From: Octopus bimaculoides | Taxonomy: Eukaryota | Direction of reading: 5' to 3' | Assembly (NCBI RefSeq): GCF_001194135.2 | Contig: NC_068995.1 | Coordinates: 34,419,339 to 34,452,541, forward strand | Length of the DNA stretch: 33,203 nt | Shown: positions 1 through 10,884 of the stretch, one piece after another | How positions within the stretch are numbered: position 1 is the first letter of the stretch | Layout of the letters: the number at the start of each line of letters is the position of its first letter | The notes under the pieces: generated by a model | The model's database searches: none | Told to the model about the DNA's origin: nothing | The model's input: only the letters and a program-made list of their open reading frames with translations | Position numbers and translations under genes: made by a program

Positions 1-6
1 TATATC

Positions 7-50
<44 letters not shown>

Positions 51-252
51 TGTGTGTCTGTGTTTGTCCCCCCAACATCACTTGACAACCGATGCTGGTA
101 TGTTTACGTTCCCGTAACTTAGTGGTACGGCGAAAGAGACCGAAGGGGTAAGTACTAGGCTTACAGGGAATAAGTTCTGGGTTGGATTTGCTCGACTAAA
201 GGCGGTGCTCCAGCATGGCTGCAGTCAAATGACTGAAACGAATAAAAGAATA
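1..252 (+). mobile_element. 3' half of a tRNA-derived SINE with an internal (TG)n microsatellite (family A)
   Basis: (TG)n at 9-44, then TTTGTCCCCCCAACATCACTTGACAACCGATG...GGCGGTGCTCCAGCATGGCTGCAGTCAAATGACTGAAAC and an AATAAAAGAATA tail. Colinear with 31441-31677 and with the reverse complement of 26893-26936. Confidence 0.75.
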
Positions 253-444
253 TGTATATAGGAGACCAAACATGTACGCCGAAACTGCACAGACGATCTG
301 CTTCTCGACTGATGATGGAAAGCGCCAATTGATCCGTCCTTTTTGCTGTCCTTTTTTGTATCGTCTAACTATCCGAATGTTTTGTGGTCGCTTGTAACGT
401 TCTTGTTCCATTTTTTGTATGTATATATATCTATATATATATAC

Positions 445-898
445 NNNNNNNNNNNNNNNNNNNNNNNNNNNNNNNNNNNNNNNNNNNNNNNNNNNNNNNN
501 NNNNNNNNNNNNNNNNNNNNNNNNNNNNNNNNNNNNNNNNNNNNNNNNNNNNNNNNNNNNNNNNNNNNNNNNNNNNNNNNNNNNNNNNNNNNNNNNNNNN
601 NNNNNNNNNNNNNNNNNNNNNNNNNNNNNNNNNNNNNNNNNNNNNNNNNNNNNNNNNNNNNNNNNNNNNNNNNNNNNNNNNNNNNNNNNNNNNNNNNNNN
701 NNNNNNNNNNNNNNNNNNNNNNNNNNNNNNNNNNNNNNNNNNNNNNNNNNNNNNNNNNNNNNNNNNNNNNNNNNNNNNNNNNNNNNNNNNNNNNNNNNNN
801 NNNNNNNNNNNNNNNNNNNNNNNNNNNNNNNNNNNNNNNNNNNNNNNNNNNNNNNNNNNNNNNNNNNNNNNNNNNNNNNNNNNNNNNNNNNNNNNNNN
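445..898. other. assembly gap (N run)
   Basis: 454 N bases. Confidence 1.
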
Positions 899-1078
899 TC
901 TTTGAGAATTTTTAAATGATCTTCTAGCACATTAGCAGTCCACTTAGTAGTCTCTTTTATATATACATATACAATAATCCTTTTGAGATCTCAGAAAATC
1001 TTTTCTGAATCTTCTGATTCTTTTAATGTGCTGGTTTCCTGGTATTAAATTGATATTAGTTAATATCAAATTTTTTAC

Positions 1079-1109
<31 letters not shown>
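899..1109 (-). repeat. interspersed repeat copy, inverted relative to 21275-21490, next to (TA)n
   Basis: The reverse complement (GGGTAAAAAATTTGATATTAACTAATATCAATTTAATACCAGGAAACCAGCAC...AAGTGGACTGCTAATGTGCTAGAAGA) matches 21275-21450 closely. Both copies abut a (TA)n run (1082-1109; about 21212-21262). Confidence 0.75.
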
Positions 1110-1113
<4 letters not shown>

Positions 1114-2107
1114 AATATAAATTTACACATATGAAAATACACCAGCACGAAATGAAATTTTCGCTATAGTGAAGTGTACGCAAAATTACCAATGAATATA
1201 ATGGTATTGTTACAAACTTGCCATAGAATTGTGATATTTAGTCCGGTCGGCTGATTGTTTCACATTTACGCTTTATTAGTACATCGTGAACGCAGATATA
1301 TGTGTTTTTAGGTCTGTGACTGTATGGATACATATAACCACTTCTATCTATAACTTACCGTGTTTCTTTCTGATTTCCGTTCAACTGTATTTAATTCTCT
1401 CCACCTCTGCTTTCTTCTAACGTCTACATAGCTACTTTCCGTTCAGTGCTTCCATATTTCAATAACCCGGCAGCCCAGTAATTACTAACTGTTCACTTCA
1501 AGGCTATAGTTTGTTTAATGATTTGTTTCCTTAGCCACCCAAACCTTAATGATGTTACTTTGGTAACCAAATGTCAGTCGCTTTCTTAATTATACTTGGC
1601 TAACGGTAGCTACTTCATTCGACCATACATACATCTGCAATTTTATTATTTTCTGTCTTTCCTTCACCCCACCACATACATACATACACTCGCCTGTATG
1701 TAGAAAGCTGATGTCTGTACACACACACACATAGACACACACACACACCTACATACATATACACAATATGTATTTATGTGTGAGTTTGTTTTCGTTTCGT
1801 TTCGCACTAAATTCACTTTATTGTTAAACAGTAGCGCTATTGACGGGCTTCAGATGTCGTATTTGCTACAAAAGAGAGGAGAGGGAGTTCTATGATTTCA
1901 TAACGAGAGCATTAGCAACACACATAAAGCGTGGGATATTCAAACGAGTCTCAAAACCATGATGTAGATATAATTCAGTTGAAGTTTGTTTCTTCGTTAC
2001 TTCTCACGTATGATAAACTAAGAAATATTCTTCTCCACTGGACAAGGAGCCAAGTGTTCTCAGAAAAAATGTTTTTTTGTTCATATATTTCTTCAGTACA
2101 TGTTATA

Positions 2108-2359
2108 GTGGAGGCACGTGGTTTAATGGTTAAGGTTTTAGACTCATGATCATAAGATTGTGGTTTCGATTCCTGGACTAGGAGAGGCGTTGTGTTCTTG
2201 AGCAAAAGTCTTCATTTCACGTTACTCCAGTCCGCTCAGCTAGCAAAAATGAGTTTTCCTGGGACGGACTGGCGTCCCGCGTAGGTGGGAGATATATACG
2301 CCACGGACACTGGGAAACCGGCCCTTATGAGTCAGTATGACTCGAGAAGGAAACTTTTT
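2108..2359 (+). mobile_element. tRNA-derived SINE (family B) with target-site duplication
   Basis: A-box TGGTTTAATGGTT (2119-2131), B-box GGTTTCGATTCC (2162-2173), CORE-like TTGAGCAAAAGTCTT, tail motif GACGGACTGGCGTCCCG shared with the 22121 copy. TSD AGTACATGTTATA (2095-2107) / AGTACAGGTTACA (2360-2372), 11 of 13 identical. Confidence 0.8.
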
Positions 2360-2669
2360 AGTACAGGTTACAAGTGATTTTATGAAACGTGTATGAATGA
2401 AAAACAAAGTTGAACCCGACGAAATTTGAACGTATTAGGGTAAAGTATGAAATTGGTTTAAAACCTTTCCATGCAGAATCACAGTTACCTAAGCTTTGAA
2501 GAGGAAGTTTAATGTAAAATATATGCATTGGACGATGGCTTAAATGACCCAAAATTCGAAGTCCTTCTGTTGTATATAACCGTAAGACTTTGTGCTGTTA
2601 TATATGCAAAATTCTTTGTCTGTTGTATTTATATAATGTCTTGTTTGTTTCTGTCTTAGTATACATTCA

Positions 2670-2915
2670 CTATCCTTTTTCCAATGGCATAATAATAGCA
2701 TTGGCGCTTGCAAAATTGATTGGTCTCAATGGTAATGGTGCGAAACTACTTTGATATCTTGAGTCACTGACTGACAAGGAAGACTCAGCTGCGAATATTC
2801 TGTGTATCGTGTCTTTGTCTAATTTCCTGTCCTTTAAGTTTTCGTCCAGTTTCCCGTTTGCTCTGCTTTCGTCTAACTTATTCTCCTTGTATTCTTTCTG
2901 TTCAACCCTTGATAC
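2670..2915 (-). CDS. candidate terminal coding exon, copy 1 (VSRVEQKEY...[10 protein letters not shown]); product unknown
   Basis: 81 open codons, colinear with copy 2 and with the stop at the same position. Homology ends just upstream of shared candidate AG sites (TGTATCAAG, TTGAACAG), both weak acceptors. Confidence 0.4.
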   Translation of the reverse strand, partial: VSRVEQKEYKENKLDESRANGKLDENLKDRKLDKDTIHRIFAAESSLSVSDSRYQSSFAPLPLRPINFASANAIIMPLEKG

Positions 2916-2989
2916 ATCCATGTAGCGCAACGCACACCATGTTTGTTTACTTTATTGTAAAAATATTCCTTGAATATTTATTGTGCGAC

Positions 2990-3197
2990 TCTTATCTCTA
3001 TCTCTACTCTTACTCTATCTCCTTCTACCTCTACTCTTACTGTATCTCTTTCTCCTCTCTTACTCTCTCTTTCCGCCCTTGCTTGCCTCCCTTGTACTTT
3101 TCTCTTCTCTCTCTCTTTCTCTGTTTCTCTGATCTGTCTGCTCCTTCGTTCTCTCTGTCACCCCCTCTTTCCCTCTCTCAAAATTTTCTCTTTCCTA
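2990..3197. repeat. CT-rich polypyrimidine low-complexity tract
   Basis: About 200 bp of degenerate CTCT/CTTT/CTACTCT units between the two duplicated segments. Confidence 0.85.
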
Positions 3198-3501
3198 CCA
3201 CGTGACCGGTGTCAGGCGAAGGCGGTGTTCTTTTTCGCCCTACCTTTGACCAAATTAGTCATGCTGGTCTAGGCTCCTGCTATGTCCCGTAGGACTTACT
3301 CCATTTAATCTTTGCGCAACCCCCACTAAGTTCATTCGATAGCGTCAAAGCTCTTTCTGTTGTATTTGTGTTATATGTATACTTATTATACATTTTTCTT
3401 CCGCTGTATGTAGCCGTAAGGCTTCATGCTGTCATATGCATATTTCTTTGTCTGTTGTATTTATATAATATCTTGTTTGTTTCTGTCTTAGTATACAGTC
3501 G

Positions 3502-3747
3502 CTAGCTTTTTCCCAGTAGCTTAATGATAGCACTGGCGTCTGCAAAATTTAGTGGCCTCAATAGTAATGGCGCGAAGCCACTAGGATATTTTGCGTTATT
3601 GACTGACGAGGAAAACTCAGCTGCGAATATTCTGTGTATCGTGTCTTTGTTTAATCTCCCGTCTGTTAAGTTTTCGTCTAGTTTCCCGTTTGCTCTGCTT
3701 TCGTCTAACTTTTTCTCCTTGTATTCTTTCTGTTCAATCCTTGATAC
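3502..3747 (-). CDS. candidate terminal coding exon, copy 2 (VSRIEQKEY...SAIIKLLGKS*); product unknown
   Basis: 81 open codons, 59 of 81 amino acids identical to copy 1, no indels. Confidence 0.4.
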   Translation of the reverse strand, partial: VSRIEQKEYKEKKLDESRANGKLDENLTDGRLNKDTIHRIFAAEFSSSVNNAKYPSGFAPLLLRPLNFADASAIIKLLGKS

Positions 3748-4411
3748 AGACATGCACACAGAAACAGACAAGCAGACAGGCAAATACACCACATACACAC
3801 CACACACAAACACACACACACATATATATATTAACACACACGTATATTAGACCATTGGGCCACCACCGTCTCTTTGGGTTCTATTTTATCTCATGTATAG
3901 ATACATACCACAGGTTTCTGCGCATTTTCCGTTAATAAAATTCTACTAGCAAGGTATCGATCAACTTGGCCTTATATTAAAAGATGTTTACCAAAGTTTC
4001 CGGGCACTGGAGTCAACATCAGAAACATATTCTATACATGCATTTATATTTTTTTAGATTGACTTCTAGCATTTGTGATAAAAAGTAAAAGTAGTTGGTT
4101 TAGTAGACGTCAGTTGATGACCAGAACGTAATTTCTAGGCCCTCAGAAGGAAGTCGAAGTCATTCTTAGTGGGATATGAAGTCAAAAGCTAAAAGGACTC
4201 TGTCAACCAGTTCATTACGAGTATCAGAATGATGAGATTCCGAATCATGTGACGAGCGTTTGTCGTAAAACCGGTTATCAAACAGTTTATTTCCAAAACA
4301 GAAAGCAGGTAGATAGAATAAGTGCCATTTTTGTATTGGTTTCGATTCAATGTATAGTTTTGCTATACGACTTTGTGGCAGTTGAAAGAAACCAACATTA
4401 GTATTTCAGAA

Positions 4412-4556
4412 GGCGGTGATCTGGCAGAATCGTTGGCATGCCGGGCGAAATGCTTAGCGGCATTTCGTCTGTCTACATGTTCTGAGTTCAAATTCCGCTG
4501 ATGTTGGCTTTACCTCTGATCCTTTCGGGTCGATAAAATAAGTGCATGTTGAGCAT
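4412..4556 (+). mobile_element. tRNA-derived SINE fragment (family C)
   Basis: Head GGCGGTGATCTGGCAGAATCGTTGGCATGCCGGGCGAAATGCTTAGCGG, B-box-like GAGTTCAAATTCC, central GATCCTTTCGGGTCGATAAAATAAGT. Colinear with 9050-9218. Confidence 0.7.
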
Positions 4557-5399
4557 TGCTGTTCCGGTGCCAAAATTTGAAACCAATATTACTATTTCAG
4601 AAAGAGAATCGGAGATATGTCTAGCAGTGTTTGGTTGCATCCTTTTATGTTGTCAGTTCAAATGTCAGCGAGATCCACTAAGTATTTAATAATTCTGGTG
4701 TTAATAAAATAAATCTTGAACCAGTTCTGGGCTCGACCTCGTGCCGATGATCAATATTAGTATTTCACTAAGCAGTGGCAAACGCCAGGGAAGAAGCGAC
4801 ATCTCTTTGAATTCGATTCCTAGATATGATATTACTAATTGACTACAACTCAAGACTGCCAATTTGCCTCATCTAAAATATAGCACCTTTTTGTTTGATG
4901 AAAAGAAAGCAAAATTACACTGCTTTATAGTTATGAATGAACTGGTTCTACTCTTTGAGAGCATTGTATAGTTGTTTAACTTAAACGTTTATAATTCTGA
5001 TAAATATATTGTTGAAGATAATGGTATGAATTAATAACTATGAAGATGCAAAATAAATATAGAAACGTTCAAACTTGAATGTCTCGTTGTCAAGTGACAA
5101 GCAGCCGTTCATCTGCTGTCTATTATATACATTAGACACTGAGTGTGACAGTTTCACCTGCATGCTTTTTTTATGCGCAAGGATTCATAGTGTTATAGGA
5201 GAAGTCTATATTTTTTTCTTCAAATGTATTTCTATTGATGATTTGGGTAGTTTGCGTGGTAATGGAAGGTTGAAGCCAAGACACGAGAAATGTAAACAAC
5301 AAAAAGAAAAAAAAACCCAAAGCAATCACCATTCCACTGAACTTCTGTTTATTCCGTTCCAACCCTATCACTTCCTACTTTCTTTCGTATCCACTCCCT

Positions 5400-6495
5400 T
5401 TCTTCAGATACACTCACAATCCTTTATCCCTCATCACAAACAACTTCCTTCATTTGCCTGTTCCTGACTGTGCTTCGACGCCTGCCCCTTTGTATACTTG
5501 TCCGACGTAGCACATCCTTTCATTTCATCGGCCGCATCACTTATGGCATAAAACCCCATACTATGCGACATATTGCGGAAACTAGTTGATAAGTAGCTGA
5601 TCATTTTAGGAAATACTTGTTAGGCACCTGACTTAAAAATCATCGGATCACTGAGAACAGTAGCCCATATTTCGTAGTCACACTACATGGATTTCACTGT
5701 TTGCAACATTGCACGACTCCATAAATCTCCTTTTCTTCGACGGTATCGCGAACAACAATTTTCTGGTTAAAAATCCCTAATCCAGCTGGGGTATAATCGA
5801 AATGCCTTCCTCTAAAAACATCACTTTCTCCTCACATGACCACCCATAAACCCTGATAACTGCCCTAATGTACGTTTCAATCCTCTATCTCTAGACACAC
5901 TCACAGGCACGACACTACTTATCTACCTCACTTACTCCCGCTTATTACCCATATACCATAACGCACACCATTATGCGCTGTTCACCCACACAAACATGTC
6001 ATCCACGTTTATTCCCCAAAACGTATACCCAGACACATACTTGCATGTATTTGCCGTCATACACACATGCATAGATTATATTCTCATACACTTTCTTAAA
6101 ATTTCCTGTTCTTACCTCCCTTATTTCTTCCATTTCTCACTCGTTTAGTTGCAAAACACTATTCTACTTTTGTTCTACTCATTTACGTTATTTTATTCAC
6201 AATGCTGCATTGCTAAAATAAACAGTATTTGTTTCTTTCTATTAACGTATTTTCCCCTTTTCTTCTTTTCCGTTTTTCACAATGGACCACTGTTTTAAAC
6301 ATTGAACCTTTTCATTGAACATTCTCGTTTGTTCTTTCCACTCAGTGTAATTAGATACTTTAGTCTCTGTTGTTTTTGTTTTTGTTTGTATCGATTTCCT
6401 TGTGATTCAAATTGTATTGTTTCTTTATATGCTTCTTGACATGAGTAGTTATTGCCTTAGTGATGTTGAAAGAAACAAGACTGTCATGTCAACAT
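5400..6495 (+). mobile_element. decayed Penelope-like retroelement: GIY-YIG endonuclease end plus 3' region
   Basis: Broken-frame translation gives FACS*LCFDACPF (about 5453-5495, Cys motif), HIAETS**VADHFRKYL (5569-5619, compare YIGETGRRLADRFREHL) and RRYREQQF...QLGYN (about 5738-5800). A hammerhead-like remnant follows at 6436-6492. Confidence 0.55.
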
Positions 6496-6499
6496 TGAA

Positions 6500-6900
6500 T
6501 GATATCTGGCAAGGCTATCATGTCCACATTGAAGGATCTGCCTTGATAAAAACAGTGCGAAGGTGACAATATTTCCGTGCTGTGTAGATGGCTTTTCTGA
6601 ATCAATGATTATGGAGTAACGAAGGACATTATCAACTTCAACGCACGCAATATAACTAGAAGTAACTGTAGGTACGTACTTACTGTACAGAAAGAATACA
6701 ATGGGTGAAGTGATCAAGCTGGTGTTTATAGGAAGTGGACCGGAAAGAAAAGTATCATTATACGCTGCATTCGAGGAGTCCGGGAGCAAGTGGCCAAAGA
6801 GGGAGAGAAGCCTAACAAGGTGGATAGGCATAAACGAAAGTATTACTGATATGTATGGCAGCAACCTTGCTTTCACCGAAGTTCTCAATATCAGTATACC
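6500..6900 (-). mobile_element. possible decayed Penelope-like reverse transcriptase fragment
   Basis: The minus ORF 6484-6888 has SPIV...PTVTSSY and FALFLSRQ...DSLARY, loosely resembling RPIVS...PTELIS.Y and AL..FLSR...TLARL of Penelope-type RT. No catalytic motif is visible. Confidence 0.3.
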
Positions 6901-8243
6901 AGTGTTATGTAAGGTAGGAGAGCAAAGTATTCAGTTAATCTAGAGAGAAATCGCTTGTATGTGCTGTAGATTACAAAACTTTGAGAGATCAGGCTTTATG
7001 CTTGGTATACCAACGGTAACTGAAAAGAAAAGAAGAAGGAACGAATAAAGACCTTGTGTATAACTGTGTTCATGTTCCTTTGCGATATTTAAAGTGAGAG
7101 AGGGTTGATTCAATCAGTTTTGCGATGTTGGCTGTTTTTTTTCTTTTTTTTGAGAGAGAGAGAGAGAGAAATATCCATTTCATGGAAAGTTATCTGAAAA
7201 TGATGGCTGTGCATTCAACTGATTCTATTGACCCATCATCTATATACTACTTGTACTTATGTTAATGTCAGTGATCGGAAGATGAAAATGTATAAGAGTA
7301 TATATCAGAGGGAAAATCCACCAACACCAACCAAAAAATGAAATAAACAAGCTTTAACTATAAATGTCACACTGACGACAAATGTCAAATTCAATGTCAT
7401 ATCAGTTTTATAATTGAACAAGAAAAGATGACTTATTTTATTCTAATTTCTCTTGTGGTAACTATTCTATATAATTCATTATCTCGATCGTCTACAGCCT
7501 GTAAAAGACAAATGGCGAATAATTTGGAAAGGACATTTTTTCGAAATATATAATACTTCAGTTACGCATGTTTACACTGGATGGATGTTATATGAAAACA
7601 CTAATACATAAGCGATAAATATAGATTAAATATAATTTTTTTCTCAGTTTCTTGAGGCAAAAGTAGACTGACCATTTAAAGAAAAGCTCGAGGAGACGGC
7701 CCACAAAAAACTTCTTTCCTCGAAGAAAGTTGTTGACAAGGTAACAACGATGGATTTTCATTCTGATTCGATGATGAGAATTCAGTTTTCAGTCAGAAGA
7801 ATTAGTGTATAGGTTACTGAGCATTCCACAGATACATGCAGTATTAGCATAATTCTCAATTATCGGTAAAAACCAAACAATGAATTTTCGCAAAGTTTCG
7901 GTCAATCGAATATCACTCACAAACCTTGAGTGGATCCGAGGTTATGGGAAAAGACATTCACTTAAAATTCCATACAAAAAGCCAAATTATGGCTGTCTCA
8001 TAAACCTAAATGCAGTAGGAGAATGATACATCCCAAAAACTTATTCTATTATGTAATTTATATTGTGAAATTCTACATAAGTTATAAATATTCTTATAAG
8101 AATATTATTTTCTTCGGTACTGTGTCTATGAGGATATGGTTGATTAAACGCTAACCAGTATATCATTTATTCCTACTTCACTGAAATTGCAAGCATGAGA
8201 ATCAAAATCACCTAATGAGAATTTCATCCATAAAATGACTAGT

Positions 8244-8558
8244 AACCAGCACTCCATCAGTTACGACGACGACTGTTCCAGTTGATCCGATCAATGGAAC
8301 AGTATACTCATGAAATTAATGTGCAAGTGGCTGAGGATTTCACAGACACGTGTACTCTTAAAGTAGCTCTCAGAGAGATTCTGTGCAACACAGAACGTGA
8401 TAAGGGTGGTCCCTTGAATGACAGATACAACTCGTTTTACCAGCTGAGTGGATTGGAACAATGTGAAATAAAATGTCTAGCTCAAAGACACAACGCGCCG
8501 CCAGGAATCGAACTCACGACCTTGAGCCGAATACCCTGACAACAAAGCCACGCGCCTT
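8244..8558 (-). mobile_element. tRNA-derived SINE (family D: family-B-like head and core, different tail)
   Basis: Minus-strand head GGCGCGTGGCTTTGTTGTCAGGG, B-box GAGTTCGATTCC (8504-8515), core TTGAGCTAGACATTTTATTTCACATTGTTCCAATCCACTCAGCTGG. Colinear with 27690-27966. Confidence 0.8.
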
Positions 8559-9049
8559 TCCTAAGTAAGTAGGAAAGACACTGAATGTTAAAATAAACAG
8601 GCTGTGTTCTTAAATAACTACGGTCATTCCGACTTATTTTAACGAGGTAGAATGTAATATTACGCTATTAGGAATTAGTTAATCATAAAAGGAACAAAAA
8701 TTATGCATCCCCTAAAGAAATTAATAAATTTACTCAGATGACATTGGACAATTCTTAAAACGAAACACGCATCATTGCCATAACAATATGATATAAAGAG
8801 ACGCAAAAGAAGTAGCTAAAGTGGCAGATTAAAAACTACTTTTACTTTATATAAAATATTTTATAACATTTTAGAGGTAGGAAGAAAAGAAGAAGAAACA
8901 TTAGATGAAGTAAAACAAACTAATTGAAGAGTAGTTGACTATACTTTAAAAATCTATTTTCGTCGGATGATAATAAGTAAGCAATTCATATTGTAAAGCA
9001 GTTTGGAATGATATAAATACAAAGGATAAGATGATAGGATGAAAAAGTA

Positions 9050-9218
9050 GTTAGCACGCCGGGCGAAATGATTAGCGGTTTTTCGTCCGTCCTTACGCCC
9101 TGAGTTCAAATTCTATCGAGGTCGATTTTGCCTCTCATTCCTCTCGGGATCGATAAAATAAGTACTAGTTTAACACTGAGGTCGATGTAATCGACTCGCC
9201 CCCTCCTCCGAAAAATTT
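9050..9218 (+). mobile_element. tRNA-derived SINE fragment (family C)
   Basis: GTTAGCACGCCGGGCGAAATGATTAGCGG...GAGTTCAAATTC...GATCGATAAAATAAGTACTAG...GGTCGATGTAATCGAC; matches 4412-4556. Confidence 0.7.
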
Positions 9219-9806
9219 GCATCATCAGTGAATCTCTTACAACAACCAGGTAACAACATTTTAAGTAGATTTCTGAACAGTCTAGAACAAGTATATACAT
9301 AACATATTATTTAAGAAACTCTAAGAAAAGATCAACAGAAGATGCCATTAACTACTACTAATCAGTAATCCATAAACATCTGTCTAAAATATTATTCAAT
9401 ATTATTAAATCTAACTGTACAACGCACAGAGAAAATCAATTAATATGTATAAAGCAAAACTAATTTAAGGAAATTTCTATTAGAAAATTGGTCAACTCCT
9501 TATCAACAAAATTATTCGGATAAATAAAACAGTGAAAGAAAAATGTGAAATGTGATCGCATCGGCTGCAAGAAAATCTTTCAAAGGATTCTTTAACTGGT
9601 GTTAAGAAGACTGGAATATACATATATTATGCCCAGATGGTTCTATGTATGGGAAGGTTGCCGATGCATCTAACCATGTGGAAATTTTATGAATCACAAG
9701 AAAAAGAAATTAATCAATGTGACATTATTTTATACAGAATAAAAAATCGTAGTTAAATTCTCTACTGAGACAGCTTGTATTTTGTGTGTTTGCGACCAAC
9801 TTGAAA

Positions 9807-10020
9807 ACGGAGTCCCAAAACAAACATTTTCGACATCACATGCTTTTATATTTTCAAAAAGGCAAGAAAGCAGCAAAACCTGCAGGATGATATGCGCTGT
9901 GTACAAAGAGGACGCTGTTACGGCACGTGTGTGCCAGAAGTGTTTTCTAAGATTTCGAAATATTTCGGTTGAAGAGGTATCTCGCTCTGGCCGGCCAAAT
10001 GAGATTAGCTGCGATACCAA
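9807..10020 (+). mobile_element. mariner transposase N-terminal (HTH) remnant
   Basis: ACG (former ATG) at 9807, then ESQNKHFRHHMLLYFQKGKKAAK, a frameshift, and TCRMICAVYKEDAVTARVCQKCFLRFRN...RSGRP. Typical mariner DNA-binding region; no catalytic domain follows. Confidence 0.75.
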
Positions 10021-10472
10021 CCATATCTCTATATTCGTGGGAAGATCACTAATGCGTAACCATGTGGAAATTTTGCGACCGTCGGCTCAGCGAATGTTAT
10101 GCAGGAATGAGAATGAGAAGCTTAATTTTTCTAAACTTTTGGAAAGTCTCCTTTAGAATTATTCTATACTGCACCCCTCTTTTTCTTTTGAAATTTTACA
10201 AATCACTAAACATGATATTGTATGCATTTAGCATTATCTTCCAATATATTGACAAGCAGTTTCAGAAAAACCGTTTTCTCATCAGTCTGATTTAATTCCA
10301 GGATTAAATGAAAATATTTGAGTTTTTATTGGAATATATTAACGGACTTCTTTTTCTGTTGGAGATAAAACAGATAAAAATAATTAACAATGTCAAAAAT
10401 ATTTAACAAACATTATTAAAGTTCTTTGATCAAAGTAAAATTATGGGCTTTAAATTTTGGCGCAGATTCAGT

Positions 10473-10590
10473 AATTTCGAAGGTGAAGGCGGACGAAATG
10501 GCACTAAGCATTTTACCTGAGATGTTTGCCAACGATTCTTCCAGTTGGTTGGTATAGATCACTAAAGATTCTTCCAGTTGGCCGCCTTAG
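10473..10590 (-). mobile_element. SINE family C head fragment with a tandemly duplicated 5' end
   Basis: The reverse complement reads AAGGCGGCCAACTGGAAGAATC...CTGGAAGAATCGTTGGCAAAC...AAATGCTTAGTGCCATTTCGTCCG. Confidence 0.55.
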
Positions 10591-10710
10591 ATCACACTAA
10601 AGATATTGGTACACGGAAGGCTGAAAGGCAAAGACAACCTCGGCGAAGTAGTCATAGTAAAAATATTGAAATTAAAATATCGCCCTTAATCACTTTAAAA
10701 AAAATCATTT

Positions 10711-10711
<1 letters not shown>

Positions 10712-10766
<55 letters not shown>

Positions 10767-10842
10767 NNNNNNNNNNNNNNNNNNNNNNNNNNNNNNNNNN
10801 NNNNNNNNNNGTGTGTGTGTGTGTGTATGTGCGTGTGTGTGT

Positions 10843-10881
<39 letters not shown>
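10712..10881. repeat. compound microsatellite (TG)n-(TA)n-gap-(TG)n-(GA)n
   Basis: Seen directly; contains N gap 10767-10810. Confidence 0.95.

Positions 10882-10884
<3 letters not shown>

Larger units (their letters stand above)
2567..3748. repeat. local direct duplication of about 350 bp (2567-2916 and 3404-3748, offset about 832)
   Basis: Manual alignment; gap-free over the 246-nt coding-like part, with near-identical flanks such as CTTTGTCTGTTGTATTTATATAAT(G/A)TCTTGTTTGTTTCTGTCTTAGTATACA. Confidence 0.92.

Noticed and set aside
277-315. CGCCGAAAC and CTGATGA hammerhead core words in type II order
   Set aside because: No stem III or cleavage triplet can be formed and the stem II closing pair fails. 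At most a retroelement-tail remnant.
196-930. Long ORFs across N gaps (also 27974-29035, 10578-10957 and 23253-23628)
   Set aside because: They are open only because N codons have no stops.
1404-1421. CTCTGCTTTCTTCTAAC resembling the 2567/3404 duplicate (possible third copy)
   Set aside because: The similarity does not extend, and the matching frame stops within a few codons.
2108-2175. tRNA-like A/B boxes (also 8500-8558, 22121-22190 and 27920-27966)
   Set aside because: No acceptor stem or cloverleaf is evident; they continue into repeated SINE bodies, two of them with TSDs.
10251-10290. Minus-strand CTGATGA-GAAAACGGTTTTTC-T-GAAAC-TGCTT-GTC hammerhead-like string
   Set aside because: There is an extra U before GAAA and no stem I pairing.
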